Source of the DNA: Acidimicrobiia bacterium
GTDB lineage: Bacteria > Actinomycetota > Acidimicrobiia > Spongiisociales > ZC4RG35
Direction of reading: 5' to 3'
NCBI GenBank assembly: GCA_965203555.1
Contig: CBDBCY010000004.1
Coordinates: 192,001-256,000 of the forward strand
DNA length: 64,000 bases
Part shown: positions 11,383 to 20,964 of the stretch, one piece after another
Layout of the letters: each line of letters begins with the position of its first letter
Numbering within the stretch: the stretch's first letter is position 1
Made by a program: the position numbers and the translations under genes
The notes under the pieces: model-generated
What the model was told of the DNA's origin: nothing
Databases searched by the model: none
What the model saw: the letters and a program-made list of their open reading frames with translations, nothing else

Positions 11383-12099
11383 ATGGTAAAGAAGGGCAAG
11401 CGCTACAAGGATTCCTTGCGACGTTACGACCGCCGGTCGGCCTACTCGCCCACCGAGGCCTTGGATCTTGTGAAATTCATGGCTTCGGCACGGTTCGATG
11501 AGACCATAGAAGCCGCGTTTCGGCTCGGTGTCGACCCTCGCCGGGCAGATCAAATGCTCAGGGGAAACGTCTCCTATCCCCACGGCATCGGCAAGACCGT
11601 AAGGGTGGCCGTTTTCGCGCCCGCGGATCGACACGACGAAGCCCGCCGGGCCGGCGCCGACCGGGTCGGCGCGGATGATCTTATCCAAGAGATCGCCAAC
11701 GGTGGTTCGCTCGATTTCGATGTGGCCATCGCGGTACCGGCGATGATGCCCCGGGTGGGCAGACTGGGTCGCATCCTGGGCCCCCGGGGGCTGATGCCCA
11801 ATCCCAAGTCCGGCACGGTGAACAATGACCTCGCCACCACGGTCGCCGCATTCAAAGCCGGTCAGATCGAGTACCGGACCGATCGCTACGGGAACATCCA
11901 CTCCGTGATCGGCAAAGTCAGCTTCAGCACCAAGAAGCTGGCCGAAAACCTGTCGGCGTTGACCACCGAATTGAACCGGGCACGGCCGGCCGCCGCCAAG
12001 GGCAGGTACATGAGATCGTTGACGATCGCCTCGACTATGGGTCCGGGCGTCAAGATAGATGTGAACCGCCTGGATGAGTTGACGCCCCAATCGAGTTGA
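11383..12099 (+). CDS. rplA: 50S ribosomal protein L1
   Basis: FDETIE, LGVDPR, LGPRGLMPNPKSGTV, STMGPG. Confidence 0.98.
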   Translation: MVKKGKRYKDSLRRYDRRSAYSPTEALDLVKFMASARFDETIEAAFRLGVDPRRADQMLRGNVSYPHGIGKTVRVAVFAPADRHDEARRAGADRVGADDLIQEIANGGSLDFDVAIAVPAMMPRVGRLGRILGPRGLMPNPKSGTVNNDLATTVAAFKAGQIEYRTDRYGNIHSVIGKVSFSTKKLAENLSALTTELNRARPAAAKGRYMRSLTIASTMGPGVKIDVNRLDELTPQSS

Positions 12100-12192
12100 A
12101 GTCAATGTCTCGGCGGCGCCGGGATTCCGTTTTGCCATGACTCTGCGTTTTCTCTAGGATTTCATCGAAGACAACGCCAATCTCTGCACCTC

Positions 12193-12295
12193 GGCCCGAG
12201 ACCGCTGGTTGCCGAACAGCTCAAAGGAAGATTTCCGCCAGCGCAGGTCGGCATTTTGCCCCTGGTATCTCGGTTGAGGATGCCGGGGTTTTATT
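12193..12295 (+). ncRNA. Ribosomal protein L10 leader
   Basis: CCGAGACCGCTGG...CCAGCGCAGGTC core followed by a hairpin and U-tract upstream of rplJ. Confidence 0.7.
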
Positions 12296-12302
12296 TGGAG
12301 GA

Positions 12303-12845
12303 ATGAAAATGCCGATGAGCCGAGCCGAAAAGGTTGAGAGGGTCGCCGTCATACGGGACCAGCTATCAGATGTGGAAGCCGTCTATCTGACTGAATACCG
12401 TGGACTCACCGTGCAGGAGATGCAACAGATAAGACGGTCTCTCAATGAAAGCGACGCTCGGATGCGGGTGACGAAAATGTCATTGACCCTGAGGGCGACA
12501 GAGGATCTGGGCTATGACGATCTGTCGGAACAACTGCAGGGTCCCACTGCCCTGGTGCTCGCGGAAGGCGACCCTCTGGCCGCAGCTAAGACCGTCAGGG
12601 AGCAGAGTCGCCAGCATCGAAGATTGATACTGAAGGGGGGGATCATGGACGGAAGATTCGTGGGAACCGACCAGGTGAGCGAGTTCGCCCTGCTCGGGTC
12701 ACGCTCCCAACTGATGGGAAAGGTGGCCGGTGGGATTTCGGGGCCCATAAACAAGGCGGCAGGCTTGTTCGCTTCCTTCAACCGCTCCGCGGTCGGAGCG
12801 TTCACCCAACTGCTGGAACGCAAACAAGCCGCGGAATCAGCTTGA
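12303..12845 (+). CDS. rplJ: 50S ribosomal protein L10
   Basis: [23 protein letters not shown]; position before rplL. Confidence 0.93.
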   Translation: MKMPMSRAEKVERVAVIRDQLSDVEAVYLTEYRGLTVQEMQQIRRSLNESDARMRVTKMSLTLRATEDLGYDDLSEQLQGPTALVLAEGDPLAAAKTVREQSRQHRRLILKGGIMDGRFVGTDQVSEFALLGSRSQLMGKVAGGISGPINKAAGLFASFNRSAVGAFTQLLERKQAAESA

Positions 12846-12873
12846 GATTGCAGATCAAAGAAAGGAAAGAACA

Positions 12874-13257
12874 ATGGCCAAGATGAGCACGCAAGAACTG
12901 TTGAGTGTCTTTGAAGAGATGACCGTACTGGAACTGAAAGAGTTTCTGGACGCCTTCGAGAGCCACTTCGACGTAACCGCCGCCGCCCCGGTGGCGATGG
13001 CGGCTGTACCGGCGGCAGGGGCAGAGGAAGAAGAGGAAGCCGAGCAGACCGAATTCGACGTGGTGCTCACGGCCATCGGTCCCGCCAAGATCGCGGTCAT
13101 CAAGGAAGTCCGGGCCCTTACCAAGCTCGGCCTTCGCGAGTCCAAGGCCCTGGTGGACGCCTTCCCCAAGGCGATCCTCGAACAGGTCGACTCGGAGACC
13201 GCCGACGCAGCCAGGAAGCAACTGGAAGGCGCTGGCGCCTCGGCCGAGGTTCGCTGA
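12874..13257 (+). CDS. rplL: 50S ribosomal protein L7/L12
   Basis: [30 protein letters not shown]. Confidence 0.97.
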   Translation: MAKMSTQELLSVFEEMTVLELKEFLDAFESHFDVTAAAPVAMAAVPAAGAEEEEEAEQTEFDVVLTAIGPAKIAVIKEVRALTKLGLRESKALVDAFPKAILEQVDSETADAARKQLEGAGASAEVR

Positions 13258-13314
13258 GCACACTTCGAGAGTCTGACCAACCCCCTTCGGTAGAGAGCCG
13301 ACGCGATCTGAATG

Positions 13315-13358
13315 GCCGGCCGGTCCCGATTAGGGGACCGACACCGGCAGATTTTTGT
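13315..13358 (+). terminator. Possible terminator between convergent rplL and the aminopeptidase gene
   Basis: CGGTCCC-GATTAG-GGGACCG hairpin followed by ATTTTT. Confidence 0.4.
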
Positions 13359-13440
13359 GATGGGTGCAGGCGGTTCTTCCATACAGCCAGCAGGTTTATC
13401 GCTTCCAAGCTGCCGTTTGTCATAGTCCGTTCGAAAAGAA

Positions 13441-15993
13441 TCAAGCTCCGAGGTAGGAGGCCAGTTTCGCGGTTTCTCGCTCTCTGAGCAGTATGTAGGC
13501 GCTGAGTCGTTCCAGGGCTTGGGCGGTGGCCTTTTCGGCGTGGGGCAGATCGGCCTCGGAGAGGTACGCCTTGACTTTCCCGGCGATCTGTGGGTGGGAC
13601 AGGTGATGGACGCTGTCGACCAGGTACCGGACCACCATCGGGGGGAGAGAGGTTACGATGTCCTCCCAGTTCTGCCGGGCCTTCTCCCAGGCATAGGCGC
13701 CGGTCTTCTTGCGTCGGAATAGCCACCCCACCACCCAGGCCGAATCCTGGTTGCGGATGGTTCCATCCACCACTGCCCGCACGGTGGCGTCAATACCGGG
13801 TTCGTTCTCGACAAAGGTCAGCGAGCGTAGGAATCGCAGCTTTTCCTGGGGGGCATCGGTGGCTTCGTACAGGGAGAACAGTCTCTGGTAGGTGGCGTGG
13901 TCGCTATGGGCAGCCACCGTATAAAGACTTGCCTGTGCTACCTCGGGGTCGACCGTCCGGGGATCGGACAACCACTGTTCGAACCTGTCCACGGAGCCGG
14001 CGACGTAGTCGGGATGGCAGGCCAGCCGTCCGGCGGCGCCCAGCATCAGGCCCCGAAGCTGGCGGGTCAGGTCACTGTCATTCGGATGGGGATCCCATCC
14101 CAGCCGTTCGAGAGTCGGCCCGATCAATTCCATCACCAGGCTCGAAAACCTTCCCTGATGATCTTTCCCTACCAGATGGTGATGCATGGTCCCCAAACCG
14201 CCCAAGACCGCCGACCAGATGACGAATTCCTTCTCGGTCCGATAGGTGGCGGCGACGTCCAGGTAGGCGGTGGCCGGCAACTCTCCGCTTTCCACCAGCG
14301 CCCAGGTGTCGTCGATCAAACAGAAGCGCTCCAGGTCGTCTAGGCCGTCCAGGTGTGTCAATATCCCGTTACGAAGTCGCTCCGGATAGAGCACCCGATA
14401 GAAACCGTGTCCACCGGCGTTGGCGGTGATCCAGGAAGGCGGGGAGTCGAGCGCCACATGGGTGCGCCGCTCGGAGACCAGGTGGTTAGTGTGAAAGGCT
14501 CCTTGAGTCGTCTCTCCCCGCAGTTGGATGGGTATCCGCCAACTGGTCGGATCATCGGAGGGAATTCTGAGATGACGTTTCTGGGTGATCGTCACGCCTT
14601 CCGAACCCTCCTTCACTTCCAGCAGGGGATAGCCGCCCTGCAGGATCCAGGTGTCCATGATCTCTCCCACGGGCTCTCCCGAGGCCTGGTTGAGACTCAC
14701 CCACAGATCGGCGGTGTCGGTGTTGCCGTAGGCATGGGCCCGCAGATAATTCCCCACTCCATTCCGGAAGGTATCCTCTCCCAGGTACTGCTCGATCATC
14801 CGCAGGATCGCCGAACCCTTCCCGTAGGTGAGGGCGTCGAACATCTCGTTGGCTTCGGACGGCGAGTTGACCTCGAACTCCACCGGCCGGGTGCTGGCCA
14901 GCGAATCCACCCCGTAAGCCCAGGGCCGCTCCAGGCCGGCGAAGGCGAGCCATCTCTTCCACTCGGGTCGCATGGCGTCGGCGGCCTTCATCTCCATGAA
15001 GGTGGCGAATGCCTCGTTCAGCCAGATTCCGTTCCACCATTTCATGGTGACCAGGTCGCCGAACCACATGTGGGCCAACTCGTGGGCGATCACGTCGAGG
15101 ATGCGGATCATCTCGTCGGTGGTGGCAGTGGCGGGGTCGGTGAGCAGGGCGGTCTCGCGATAGGTGATACAGCCCAGGTTCTCCATGGCGCCGAAGGCGA
15201 AGTCGGGTACGGCGAGATGGTCGATCTTGTCTCCGGGATAGGGGATGCCGTAGTAGGACCTGAAGTACCGAAGACAGAACACTGCGCATTCCAGGGCGTA
15301 GTCGGTCAGATGGAGCTTGCCTCTCGGCGCCACCACTCTCACGGCCACGCCGTCCACGTCAACCGGGTCGGTGGCTTCGAAGTCCCCGATCACGAACGCC
15401 ACCAGATAGGTGGACATCGGGATGGTGTCGGCATAGGTGATCGCAACAGTGTCCGCTCCGGCTTCGATCCGACTGATCTCGGGGCTGTTGGAGACTGCCA
15501 TGAGATGGTTGGGCGTCACCAGCGTTATGCCGAAAACCGCCTTGAAGTCGGGCTCATCCCAGCACGGAAATGCCCGCCGGGCATCGGTGGCCTCGAACTG
15601 GGTGGTGGCGATCACCTGCTGTTCGCCGTCCACATCTGTAAAGGTGGAGCGATAGAACCCGTGGAGTTGGTCGTTGAGGATGCCGGTGAACACCACCGTC
15701 AGAACAGCTGCTCCGACCGGGGCGCTTGCCTCCAACCTGATGGTGGCCCGCTCCAGTTCGGCCTGGTAGTCGATGGTTCCCTCCAGGCGGGTTCCGTCAG
15801 CAACTGTCAAGGTGGCCCGGCCTATCCGCAGCTCGACCGCGTTGAGGACGATCTCGGCTGTCGGCTCGTTCACATTCACTCGGATCTCGACTCGGCCCTG
15901 GAAGGTGAATTCCTCGAAATCAGGTTCGATCCGCAGGTCGTACCGGCTGGGAATTACCGACCGAGGCAGTCGGTGCGGATCGGCTTTGCTCAT
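13441..15993 (-). CDS. pepN: M1-family aminopeptidase with ERAP1-like C-terminal domain
   Basis: TQFEATDARRAFPCWDEP, GAMEN, HELAH-x18-E, YGKG. Confidence 0.92.
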   Translation of the reverse strand: MSKADPHRLPRSVIPSRYDLRIEPDFEEFTFQGRVEIRVNVNEPTAEIVLNAVELRIGRATLTVADGTRLEGTIDYQAELERATIRLEASAPVGAAVLTVVFTGILNDQLHGFYRSTFTDVDGEQQVIATTQFEATDARRAFPCWDEPDFKAVFGITLVTPNHLMAVSNSPEISRIEAGADTVAITYADTIPMSTYLVAFVIGDFEATDPVDVDGVAVRVVAPRGKLHLTDYALECAVFCLRYFRSYYGIPYPGDKIDHLAVPDFAFGAMENLGCITYRETALLTDPATATTDEMIRILDVIAHELAHMWFGDLVTMKWWNGIWLNEAFATFMEMKAADAMRPEWKRWLAFAGLERPWAYGVDSLASTRPVEFEVNSPSEANEMFDALTYGKGSAILRMIEQYLGEDTFRNGVGNYLRAHAYGNTDTADLWVSLNQASGEPVGEIMDTWILQGGYPLLEVKEGSEGVTITQKRHLRIPSDDPTSWRIPIQLRGETTQGAFHTNHLVSERRTHVALDSPPSWITANAGGHGFYRVLYPERLRNGILTHLDGLDDLERFCLIDDTWALVESGELPATAYLDVAATYRTEKEFVIWSAVLGGLGTMHHHLVGKDHQGRFSSLVMELIGPTLERLGWDPHPNDSDLTRQLRGLMLGAAGRLACHPDYVAGSVDRFEQWLSDPRTVDPEVAQASLYTVAAHSDHATYQRLFSLYEATDAPQEKLRFLRSLTFVENEPGIDATVRAVVDGTIRNQDSAWVVGWLFRRKKTGAYAWEKARQNWEDIVTSLPPMVVRYLVDSVHHLSHPQIAGKVKAYLSEADLPHAEKATAQALERLSAYILLRERETAKLASYLGA

Positions 15994-17432
15994 GGTGAAC
16001 GGGGATCCGGATTGGGGGAGGACCAGTCGGTGTGAAAAGCCTCGGTGACGGGCCGATCGGTCCTGCGGTAGGTGTGGGCACCAAAGTAGTCACGCTGGGC
16101 GGCCACCAGGTTGGCGGGGAGCCTTTTCGACCGGAATCCGTCATAGAAGGCCAGGGCGGCCGAGTAACCCGGAGCGGGAATACCCGCCAAGGCCGCCTTG
16201 GCCACCATCAGTCGCCATCCCTCGGAGGCTCCGGCAACAGCCTGGGTGAAGTGGTCATGCATGAGGAGGTTGAGAGGTGGCGGATCGCAGCGGTAAGCGG
16301 CGATCACCTCTTCCAGCAACCGGGCGCGGATGATGCATCCGTTCCTCCACACCTGGGCGATGCGGGCCAGATCGAAGTGCCATTCGAACTGGTGTGAAGC
16401 GGCGGCGAGCACCATGAAACCCTGGGCGTAGGAGACGATTTTGGAGGCGTACAGGGCGTCATGTATCCAGCCTGCCAACCGGGTCCGGTCTCCGCTCAGC
16501 AACGGTTCTCCCGGGGCGCCTCCGGGGCCTCCCAGCACTTGCGATGCTGCCGTCCGGTCCGATTTGAGAGCCGAAACGCCGCGGGCCATCACCGCCTCGG
16601 CCACCAGCGTCATGGGCTGCCCCAGGTCCAGCGCCACTTTGACGGTGTCGCGGCCGGTGCCCTTCTGGGAAGCCAGGTCCAGTATCTTTTCCAAGAGCGG
16701 CTGCCCGTCGTCGTCCCGGCGGGCCAGAATCTCGGTGGTGATATCCACCAGGTAGGAATCCAAGGGACCGCTTCTCCATTCCTCGAACAGTTCGCTCATC
16801 TCCCGGTGGCTCATCCCGGTGGACTTGAGGAGGTGGTAGGCCTCCGCCAGCAGTTGCATGTCTCCGTATTCGATGCCGTTGTGGACCATCTTCACGAAAT
16901 GCCCGGCACCCTCCGGTCCGAGAAGGTCGCAGCATGCAGTCCCGTCTTCCAATTTGGCGGAGATGGCGGTGAGCGGAACTTCCAACAGGCGCCATGCCTC
17001 CGGACTGCCGCCCACCATTATCGACGGACCGTGCCTGGCGCCCTCCTCGCCTCCTGATACTCCCACTCCCAGATAGTGAATACCGCGGGACTCCGTTTGG
17101 GTCTGCCGGCGGGCGGTGTCCCGGAAGAACGAGTTGCCGAGGTCGGCGATGACGTCGCCGGCAGACAACAGAGGCGAGAGACGCTCTATGAAAGAGTCCA
17201 CCGGCCATCCCGCCTTGACCAGCACAAGGATCCTGCGGGGGCGGTCCAGCATGGCAACCAGATCTTCCAGGCTGTCGGCGCCCTGCACGGGTTTGCCGGA
17301 AGCTGATTCGGCCAGGAAGCGATGGGTGGTGGCTGTCGTCCGGTTGTGTACCGCCACTCTGAAGCCGTTGTCCACCAGGTTGAGGACCAGATTCTGTCCC
17401 ATCACCGCCAGACCGATCAGTCCGATGTCCAT
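15990..17432 (-). CDS. gnd: NADP-dependent 6-phosphogluconate dehydrogenase
   Basis: GLAVMG, GVSGGEEGA, VKMVHNGIEYGDMQ, QKGTG, QRDYFGAHTY. Confidence 0.96.
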   Translation of the reverse strand: MDIGLIGLAVMGQNLVLNLVDNGFRVAVHNRTTATTHRFLAESASGKPVQGADSLEDLVAMLDRPRRILVLVKAGWPVDSFIERLSPLLSAGDVIADLGNSFFRDTARRQTQTESRGIHYLGVGVSGGEEGARHGPSIMVGGSPEAWRLLEVPLTAISAKLEDGTACCDLLGPEGAGHFVKMVHNGIEYGDMQLLAEAYHLLKSTGMSHREMSELFEEWRSGPLDSYLVDITTEILARRDDDGQPLLEKILDLASQKGTGRDTVKVALDLGQPMTLVAEAVMARGVSALKSDRTAASQVLGGPGGAPGEPLLSGDRTRLAGWIHDALYASKIVSYAQGFMVLAAASHQFEWHFDLARIAQVWRNGCIIRARLLEEVIAAYRCDPPPLNLLMHDHFTQAVAGASEGWRLMVAKAALAGIPAPGYSAALAFYDGFRSKRLPANLVAAQRDYFGAHTYRRTDRPVTEAFHTDWSSPNPDPRSP

Positions 17433-17545
17433 GGTTTTCTTTGCAGCCACCCAGGGCAAGGGTAATCAGTCCGACCGCCGGGAAGGCGCAAGAAACCCGG
17501 GAAGGGGGACCCGGGTGAGTCTGCGACCACGGTATCTTTCCGGGG

Positions 17546-19267
17546 ATGCGCTGGTCCGAACTGTTCATACCCACGCTGCGGAACGATCCCGCCCATGCCG
17601 AGGCGGCCAGCCACCGCCTCCTCCTGAGGGGAGGATTCATACGGCAACTGGCCGCCGGCCACTATTCCATGTTGCCTCTGGGGCAGCGGGTCCGCGCCAA
17701 GGTGGACCGGATCATCCGGGAGGAGATGGACGCCATCGGGGGCCAGCAGGTGCACCTGCCCGCTCTCCATCCCGCCGAGGTGTGGCGCCAGTCGGGACGG
17801 TGGGAGGCCATGGGGGAGGAGATGTTCCGCCTCGAGGACCGGAAGGGAGTGGATCAATGTCTGGGCATGACCCATGAGGAGGTGATCGCCCTGCTGGCGG
17901 GGGAGGTGTTCTCCTATCGGGATCTTCCCCAGGTCTGGTACCAGATCCAGACCAAGTTCCGCGACGAGCCCCGGCCCAAGTCGGGGGTGCTGCGGGTGCG
18001 GGAGTTCACCATGAAGGACTCCTATTCACTGGACGTGGACCAGGCGGGGCTGGACGTCGCCTTCGATCACCACCATCAGGCCTACACCGCCATCTTCCGC
18101 CGTTGCGGGCTCGAAGCTCTCGACGTGGCGGCCTCCTCGGGAGCGATGGGCGGGTCCGAGTCGGTCGAGTTCATGGTTGCCAGCCCGGCCGGGGAGGATT
18201 GGATCGTCACCTGCGACGGCTGTGACTACCGGGCAAACCTGGAGAGGGCGGTGTCTGTGACACCGGAGATCGACGACGGTCCCACCTGCGGGGAGACCCA
18301 GCCTCTGGCCACTCCCGGAATCCGCACCATCCGCGCTCTTGCCGACGCTCACCCCGATCAAGCCGGGGAGGACCGCCAGATCAAGACCCTCGTCTACATG
18401 GTGGACGGCCAGCTCACATTGGTGCTTCTCCGGGGAGATCACGAACTGATCGAGCAGAAGCTGGTGGACACCCTCGGGGTCGCCAATCTGCGCCCTGCCC
18501 ACCGGGACGAGATCCATGCCTCCCTGGGCGCCGATCCGGGGAGCCTGGGGGCCGTGGGCGTGAAGCACCTGCCGATAATCGCCGATCGCGCCCTGGAGGG
18601 CCGGCGCAACCTGGTGACCGGCGCTAACCGGGATGACTGGCATCTCGTCTCGGTGGACGTGACACGGGACATCGATGTGGGGCGGTGGGCCGACCTGCGG
18701 GGGATTTCCGCAGGCGAGAAGTGCCCGGAGTGCGGCGGGACGTTCGACGTGTGGCGGGGGATCGAGGTGGGGCACATCTTCAAGTTGGGCGACCGATACT
18801 CCAAGGCGATGGGCGCCATCATCCAGAACGAGCAGGGCGAGTCCACCCCCATCGTGATGGGCTCCTACGGGATAGGGGTGGAGAGGACCATGGCGGCCGT
18901 TGTGGAGTTCTCCCACGACCGGCGAGGGATCATCTGGCCGGCCTCGGTCGCTCCCTATCACGTCGTGATCACGGTGCTGCGCGCCGACGACCCCGACACT
19001 CTGGCGGTGGGAGAACGCATCTACGAGGAACTGACCGGAGCGGGGATTGAGGCCCTTCTGGACGACCGCCCTGAACGGCCGGGTGTAAAGTTCGCCGACG
19101 CCGAACTGATCGGCATCCCCTACCGGATCACCGTCGGCCCGCGAGGACTGGCCCAGGGCCTCGTGGAACTCACCACCCGCGCCGATCTGAATACCGTCGA
19201 CGCCCCCGCGGCCGAGGTCACCGGTAGCGTCGCCGACCTGGTTAGGGCCGCCCTGTCGTCCGCCTAG
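17546..19267 (+). CDS. proS: Proline--tRNA ligase (with INS editing domain)
   Basis: MTHEE, QTKFRDEPRP, REFTMKDSYS, IEVGHIFKLG, MGSYGIG. Confidence 0.97.
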   Translation: MRWSELFIPTLRNDPAHAEAASHRLLLRGGFIRQLAAGHYSMLPLGQRVRAKVDRIIREEMDAIGGQQVHLPALHPAEVWRQSGRWEAMGEEMFRLEDRKGVDQCLGMTHEEVIALLAGEVFSYRDLPQVWYQIQTKFRDEPRPKSGVLRVREFTMKDSYSLDVDQAGLDVAFDHHHQAYTAIFRRCGLEALDVAASSGAMGGSESVEFMVASPAGEDWIVTCDGCDYRANLERAVSVTPEIDDGPTCGETQPLATPGIRTIRALADAHPDQAGEDRQIKTLVYMVDGQLTLVLLRGDHELIEQKLVDTLGVANLRPAHRDEIHASLGADPGSLGAVGVKHLPIIADRALEGRRNLVTGANRDDWHLVSVDVTRDIDVGRWADLRGISAGEKCPECGGTFDVWRGIEVGHIFKLGDRYSKAMGAIIQNEQGESTPIVMGSYGIGVERTMAAVVEFSHDRRGIIWPASVAPYHVVITVLRADDPDTLAVGERIYEELTGAGIEALLDDRPERPGVKFADAELIGIPYRITVGPRGLAQGLVELTTRADLNTVDAPAAEVTGSVADLVRAALSSA

Positions 19268-19898
19268 ATACCTCCCCCCGGAGTCATGTCCACACAGTGT
19301 GATGGAGCTCCCCCAACGCGCTCTCCCCCTGTCGCACCGGAAGGTTACATCGGCCCGGTCACCCTGCTCTCCAAGACGGTGGGACAGAACGGCCAAGCAG
19401 TCCTTGGCTGCGGCTCCCGCAACTCGACTTTGGGTTCTAAGAACCCACCCTTCTAGATTGCTCCCCCTCGGTACCGACCCTGAATGTGCTGATGAACCCT
19501 GCCGTGCTTGTACTTCGTAGCGCATGGGGAGTTGCCACCGGTAGGGCCGATCCTACAGCGGATTGCCATAGGCCATCACGATGCGAGGGCTCGCCGTCCT
19601 AGTTGTGCAGGATGAGGAGATCCGGTAACAAGGATTAGTTGTTTGATGCGATTCGGCTGGGAAGTCGCTTTCAGTGGCACGTCCCGGCGGCTCGGTAATC
19701 GGAGCATGCGAAGAGGTCATACCTGAACCTGTGGATCGCCTGGCCAGGGACTTGGGGGTGGCGTTGTTGAGGATGGCTGGTTTCCTGTTTGTTCGTTGTA
19801 GGGGAGTTTGTACCGCTTCTGACCGGGAGATCACAAGAAATCAGGACAGGACGGGTTGAGATCATGGTCATATCACATGCCGGGGTGTTAACCTGACT

Positions 19899-19917
19899 GA
19901 GAATGATAATCATTCTA
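19899..19917. promoter_or_regulatory. Fur-family (Fur/Zur) box
   Basis: GAGAATGATAATCATTCTA: 16/19 match to GATAATGATAATCATTATC, core AGAATGAT-A-ATCATTCT perfectly inverted; 32 nt before ATG 19950. Confidence 0.7.
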
Positions 19918-19949
19918 AGTCTCCGCAATCACCTAGAAAGGGAGAAGGG

Positions 19950-20729
19950 ATGAAACGCCTGGCAGCGATAATCCTGCTGACCGTCCTAGCGGCACCAGCC
20001 ATCCCGGCAGGAGCCCAAGGCGCCCCGCCAACCAGCGACGGACCGGAGGGCATCAATCTCGTTTGGAAATGCATGCCCAACTGGTGGTGGGAAGCCCACC
20101 AAAAAGGCCGAGACCTCGACCCGAGCGGGGAGACCTGCGATTGGGTCTACGACATGACCCACGACGCCATGCACGATCACGAAGACGATGACCACGATGA
20201 CGGTCACGACGAGGGACCCCCCGGCATGACCGACCCCTACCAAGGAGGAGTCCACGAGGGAACCAGAATCGTTTGGACTTGCATGCCAGGCCTCGACGGA
20301 ACCGGCCAGGTCTGCGCGTGGATTTATGACACCGGTCACGGCCATAGCCACGGGGAAGAAGAGCATCACGACGACCACGACGAGCCGCACCGCCCGCAGG
20401 CGTTGGCGGCGTTCTCGGCATCCTGTCAGACCGTGGGAACCGATATCCAGTGTCAACTGTCGATAACACCGACCGAGGGAGACCTGCAGCCCATCCGGTA
20501 CCGGGTTGCGATCGTTGACGGGCAGACCAAAGCCAAGGTAGCCATATTGCACCTGTCGCCCACCGACCTGAACCCGACGGTAACCCTGTCGGATGCTGAC
20601 AACAGCAACCTGATTCTGAAGGCGCGAGCCGTGGGCGATTGCAAGCGAGAAACCAAGCGCGACGCCGGAGCCGAAACCTGTAGCCGGTTCAAGGGCCCAG
20701 TCAGCAAGGCAACCGTCCGGGTAGGGTAA
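19950..20729 (+). CDS. Secreted His/Asp-rich repeat protein of unknown function
   Basis: Signal peptide MKRLAAIILLTVLAAPAIPAGA; two WxCMP...CxWxYD modules each followed by a His/acidic tract; strong RBS. Confidence 0.75.
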   Translation: MKRLAAIILLTVLAAPAIPAGAQGAPPTSDGPEGINLVWKCMPNWWWEAHQKGRDLDPSGETCDWVYDMTHDAMHDHEDDDHDDGHDEGPPGMTDPYQGGVHEGTRIVWTCMPGLDGTGQVCAWIYDTGHGHSHGEEEHHDDHDEPHRPQALAAFSASCQTVGTDIQCQLSITPTEGDLQPIRYRVAIVDGQTKAKVAILHLSPTDLNPTVTLSDADNSNLILKARAVGDCKRETKRDAGAETCSRFKGPVSKATVRVG

Positions 20730-20964
20730 TCATCCCCTAGACTTACCTGCAGGCTCCAACCTTCGGTTCTCAGTCTAGGAGCTAGACGAGGTCGAGGGCG
20801 TCCCACTGGCGGTCGGCCAGGCCTTCTTCCATCGCTGGGGTGTGCAAACTGAGCCACTACCCGGCCGAGCAGGGCAGGTATGATATTAGTGTGATTCTTA
20901 GGCTGATGTTATGACTTGTTGTGATGTGTTGCTGGCGCCGCATTTGGGTTCGTTTTGAGGTGAT

